A DNA stretch of 63,122 bases, the filler included, from Dirinaria sp. TL-2023a (lineage: Eukaryota), in the NCBI GenBank assembly GCA_051941275.1. It is 8 parts of 8 records of this genome, joined end to end, with 100 filler letters (N's around TTAATTAATTAA, not from the genome) between each part and the next. Parts side by side here need not be neighbours in the genome. Positions count along the whole stretch, not along the records: positions 55,350 to 63,122 come from JAVEBF010001272.1; 7 more parts are not named here. One strand, written 5' to 3'. Numbering within the stretch: the stretch's first letter is position 1; each line of letters begins with the position of its first letter. The position numbers and the translations under genes were made by a program. Below, one piece after another: positions 58,540 through 63,122 of the stretch. The notes beneath the pieces were generated by a model. It was given only the letters and a program-made list of their open reading frames with translations. It ran no database searches and had not been told where the DNA came from.

Positions 58540-59699
58540 ATGCGCCACGCCACTCTCTACGCCGTCATTTCCGTCCTTGGCTTACCCATTTTTGCCGCAG
58601 AGTCGAAGCCGCCAAAGCCATGCACAATCAAATCTCCCTCGACAGGTGATTTTTATGACCTTAATGCCATAACCGTACATCCTCTTAAAGACCACAAAAA
58701 GGCGCATAAAGACGACCGAACAGAGAGCTGGCATTCTAGGGGCTACGACTATGGGACGAACTTCACAATAAATTTCTGTGCGCCGGTTATAGAAAAAATG
58801 GAAGATGTGGTCGGAGTGGATGAGGCACTGTGGCCAAACGTCAGTGCTTTCTACACGCTGAAGGGGAAAAAATACTCGATAGGGTGAGCAATGGTATATT
58901 TCTTTCCGTGCTCCTGGTCACTCACAGTCGCTATAGACAGGCATCTGCAGAACCTATCTTTCGCGGTCGCAAGCTAGTCCTCAATTACACTGACGGCTCA
59001 CCTTGTGATGACCGAAAAACGCTGCGGCGTGCACCTCGAAGAGAAAAGGAAGAGCGTGACGACGATGAAGAGGAAGACGACGAAGGGGATAAAAGAAAAC
59101 ATGAAGATGATGATACGGACGATGAAAGAGCTGATAAGAAAAAGAGCACCGACGAGAGCAAGCGCAGGCGGAAATCTACCCTCCTATCCTTGACATGCGA
59201 TCGGGAGTCGCTGGCCGCTAAAGCACATGTCTCATTCATAGGTGCAAGTCCTGATGAATGCACGTACTTCTTCGAGGTAAAATCGATAGCTGCATGTGGT
59301 GGAGTTATACAGGACACCCAGCAGACATTGGGTCCTGGTGGAGTGTTTGGCGTAACGTAAGTCGTGCCAGCAAGCTATTTGAGCGCACTTTGACCAATAC
59401 TGAACCATAACCGTAGAGCGCTCATAGCCGCAGCCGTTTACTTCCTTGGCGGTATTGCCTATCAAAGGACAGTGATGCACCAGCGCGGCTGGAGGCAGTT
59501 ACCTAACTACGCCATCTGGGCGGGCATTGGGAGCTTTTGCTACGATGTTTTAATCATCATCACTTCATCATGCTCTCGCTGCCTTCCCCGACGAAGGGGT
59601 TACAATCAACTCCCTACCTCGAGTCGCGGTGGGAGGAATTCCCGTTCGGAGCAGGAGAATCGGTTAATCGATCAATTAGATGAAGAGTGGGATGACTAG
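58540..59699 (+). CDS. Mannose-6-phosphate-receptor-like sorting receptor (Mrl1-like), 3 exons
   Basis: Signal peptide, NFTINFCAPV, GRKLVLNYTDGSPC, CTYFFEVKSIAAC, TM segment, RGWRQLPNY, ENRLIDQLDEEWDD. Confidence 0.87.
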
Positions 59700-61469
59700 G
59701 GAACACAGCCGGCTAGCATTCTGGCTAGCAATGTCGACAGTGGGTCGCCTATGCTATAGATGATGTACGGTCACAAACGCAGAGTTAGTCTTTAGAGCGT
59801 TGTATAAGGTAGGCTAGCATCTGCACCAGTCAACGGCGTTGGGTTGGGAATCGGTGCCTGGCGAGCATGCAGGGGTTTGCATAGATTGAAACCCTCACGA
59901 GGGGGGCTTTGTGAATTAACTTATATAGCGCTAGCTTCTGGAATCATTACTGGGCATCACGCACGCTGTGTCCGCTGTTTTTGAGATTTAAACCTGCGAA
60001 TATCGTACTTAAATACATAGACATCCTTTTTGGAGCGTCAAAAACGCTTGAGACGGTTTACGCAGCATGTACGACTAGAGAATGGTAATTTTGCGCTCAT
60101 CGTTCGCTATCTCAAGATCATTCTCAATATGCATTTATTGCACACTGAAGTTAGCATGAGCTGGATTAGCTTCGGTGGTTGTAGCAGAGTTCATGAGCTA
60201 GTAGCCGCCCAACATCCTGTATTTGTTCGGCATCATTTTGATTATATCAATTTGGGACTAATGTAGTAAGCGTTCCTTACCGCCAAGCCGCACGCCATCC
60301 TCACCTTGTAGGCATCTAGCAAAAGCCTCATTGCAGGGCTCAAGAGCGGAAAATAGATGCACAAACATCTGCATTAAAGTTCCGATGACCCGTCGATCAT
60401 GTTGTACAAATATCGCTCGAGCACCATTCGCTCCTGGAGTTTTTATAGCACATTTCTTTGAAGATTGCTGTGTCTCTGTGGCAGTATATAAGCAACTAGC
60501 CCGAGATCATTCATTATTGTTTTCTGAATCCAGTGAGAGATCTCCTATGTCCGACCCAAATAAGCCAACGCCGTCATTTAACAAACTTCTGAATCTTCTC
60601 CGCATGATGTATGCTCTTGGTTCTTGATTGGTCTGGCAAACTCACAGTCACAGCACTTGTGACTCTGGGAGATTGCTTCCAAAATTTTGGCGTGATCATT
60701 ATGAACAACTTGAGCTTCTGGAAATATAAGAGATGGCGGATGCCGCGCTTTCCCTCTTGTTATTTTCTTGGCTGATGATACCTTTTGATACACCGTTCTC
60801 CGGACTCGTGCTTGAGCGCTAGTGGCATTTTGAGTCGTTGTGGAGAGCCCGTCTGTGAATGCAGCATTTACACTATATGTGGTAGTTTCGATGCATCTCC
60901 TGTTCTCTATCATCTAACTGGGGAAGGCAATGTTATATTGCCTCTTCATTAATTTCGATTCAAGGCAGTAGTGTCTGCCTCGGCTATGAAAAGACGATTT
61001 TGAGGAGGTACAGAAGTGGGAGTCTTTCATGTTAATGTCATGTCGAATTTGTTGAGTGACTTGAGTGGGCGTGTAGATTTATCATGACCTATTAAATGGT
61101 GTACTAAGGGAGGCTTCTGAGCTGCCACCGAAGTCATGCTTGCCTTTTGAAGTGCGCCACTTGTGCTACCAAACGGGAGATATAAAACATGCGTGCCACC
61201 GGCGTCTGATGCCCACAACAGCCTAGCAAATAAGATGCTGTATACGCCGTTGACCCTACAACTTCTCATGCGAGGCTGTGAAAGGCGTTGTATTGTGTGT
61301 TTTCGAAGACAATCAAGGACACAGACTCCTTGATTTCTGGGGCAATTTTGTTCCCCTGCCCCTAAACCAACCTCGATACTTGCAGCCGTCAGTTGAACAT
61401 CATCTTCTTTATAATTTCTTGATATCTTTACGTTTTCTTGATATTTTGCCTGATATTATTTCGCGCGGT

Positions 61470-62405
61470 ATGAAACGTTCCTTGTGCATGGCCGTGCCTT
61501 GCACAGTTTTGTCTCTTCTGTCGCCAGCTACAGCTCTGTGCTATTTCCCTAGTGGAAACCCCTCCAGCGACATCCCGTGCGAACCGAATGCAAATGACAG
61601 TTTTTGCTGTGGTACTGGATGGGTTTGCTTATCGAACGGAGTGTGTCTGAACAGTACTCACGACCCCCCTTGCGCACGTGGCTCCGGCACCGATTCCAGT
61701 TGGGAATCAGCTTCATGCCCTAGATTTTGCACTGGCAAGAGAAACACGCAATCCTGCATTCGAGACGCAGCTAAATGAGTAACAGGAGCTCAAACAAGCC
61801 CTTGTTCAATGTCCGATTGCGGATCCGGTCGTGAATGGTGCTGCGGCACTCAGTGCTGTAAGGACGGCACTTTCTCGTTGCCTCAAGCGAAAGAAACCAC
61901 AGTTAAATTGGCATTCAGCTATCCATCAGGCCAAAGTACAAACTCTCAAGCTTTACGAGCAGTGACCACTGTTAGATTGCCATATAGCTATCCCCTAGGT
62001 CAAAGTGCAACTTTACAAGCTAAAAAGAGTAGCGCAAGGCCTATTACATCATCTTCCGCGGCGGATATTCCAGCTGCACGAACTCAACATACCAAAGCCA
62101 TCACATCCATAGCTGGTACAACTTCGGCCGCCGCAGAGCATATTCATAAAAACCCCTCAAACGACATCGGTCTAAAGGTCGGTGCTGGCGTGGGAATCCC
62201 TCTTGGGATTGCAGTCTTTGGTGCAATGGCATACATCATCTATCTTCGATGGAAACCTTGTCAAAGCAAATCCAACGACCCTGCTAGAAGAACTTTCACT
62301 GAGCGAGAAATGGGCGAGCTGTTACCCCACCTATTTCGAGCACTGGAAGTCGGGTATCAGCCATCAGAACTCCCTGCTGTCCGTGAACGCGTGGAGCTTC
62401 CGTAA
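61470..62405 (+). CDS. Cys-rich single-pass membrane protein
   Basis: Signal peptide, CYFPSG..DIPC..CC..CLSNGVC..WESASCPRFC, S/T stalk, TM VGAGVGIPLGIAVFGAMAYIIYL, C-terminal ELP repeats. Confidence 0.72.
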
Positions 62406-63122
62406 CGAGGCGCATTTCAGCTGCGTAGCGATCCTGTCGAGTAAAGATAAGGATTAGAGCAGAGGAACACTAAAGCTTAATTGATGGGAAAAGGGTTTGG
62501 AAGAGGACCAATCAGTATGTGATTAGCAGTCTAATTTATCGTTGTTCTTTGAGGTTCGACTCCCCCTCCCCCCCCCGAAAAGCTCAGTCAGAAGCTCTCT
62601 CTGAGTAGCCGCTTTCTTTCAGCGAGTCAGCTGAGTGAGCGGACGGGAGACTTGGCACCTCAATAGAATAACCAGCATCTCAGATCGAGAATGAGCAAGT
62701 TCATTCTTCACATTCTTTCACTCACTCAGTCTCTCTTAAATGTTCGAGCAGTCCACCAAAAAAAAGAAAAAGCAAAGGAAAAGACCAGACTGAGTGACAT
62801 ACTTTCAGGTTGCTTGAATATTTCTACAAGCAAGGGGCCGACCGAATCCTTCGCAGATACACCTTACTCTTTCCTAAGTTTTGAGCTAAGACACAGACAG
62901 TACAGAAAAAAGCTCTTCCTGATGACAGATGTCAATTGTTTTCAGCAAGAAGAGAAACTCGGTGCGACTTGCACAAAACACGGATTCCCAGGCTCGATAT
63001 AACCATAGAATTAGCTCCAGACCCTCTCAATTCCACCATCCATAACAAAAAGAAGGGGGATCAAGTACGAACCGCAACCCTCGTCCTCCTCTCCCAAATC
63101 CTCCACCCACCCCCCTCAACCT

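Overview
Eukaryotic (filamentous ascomycete, Pezizomycotina-type; possibly lichen-forming, which is inference) draft assembly. The window is not one locus. It holds eight unrelated contigs of about 7.8 kb (7849, 7834, 7807, 7803, 7802, 7778, 7776, 7773 nt, sorted by length) joined by 100-nt N/TTAATTAATTAA/N linkers. Contig 1 holds an intact Ty3/Gypsy chromovirus (274-bp LTRs, gag, -1 frameshifted pol) in tandem with a hypermutated copy of itself. Contig 2 holds a degraded related element with a nested 511-bp TRIM, PEX7, a JMJD5-like gene, a foldback element and a solo LTR. The remaining contigs carry mostly ordinary intron-containing genes: BTB/POZ, GST, complex I B15 subunit, cupredoxin-like, GPX, C2H2 factor, Sos7-like, telobox Myb, GDT1, ERG24 and MRL1-like. 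There is also a pseudogenised NLR-like gene. The most interesting signals are: (1) a RIP-like mutator with a strong CpC->TpC preference that hit transposons and the NLR-like gene; (2) Tf1-type self-priming with co-varying primer/PBS pairs in three elements; (3) a self-priming TRIM carrying a tRNA T-arm/B-box-like hairpin. All protein identities come from motif recognition by eye, not from database searches.
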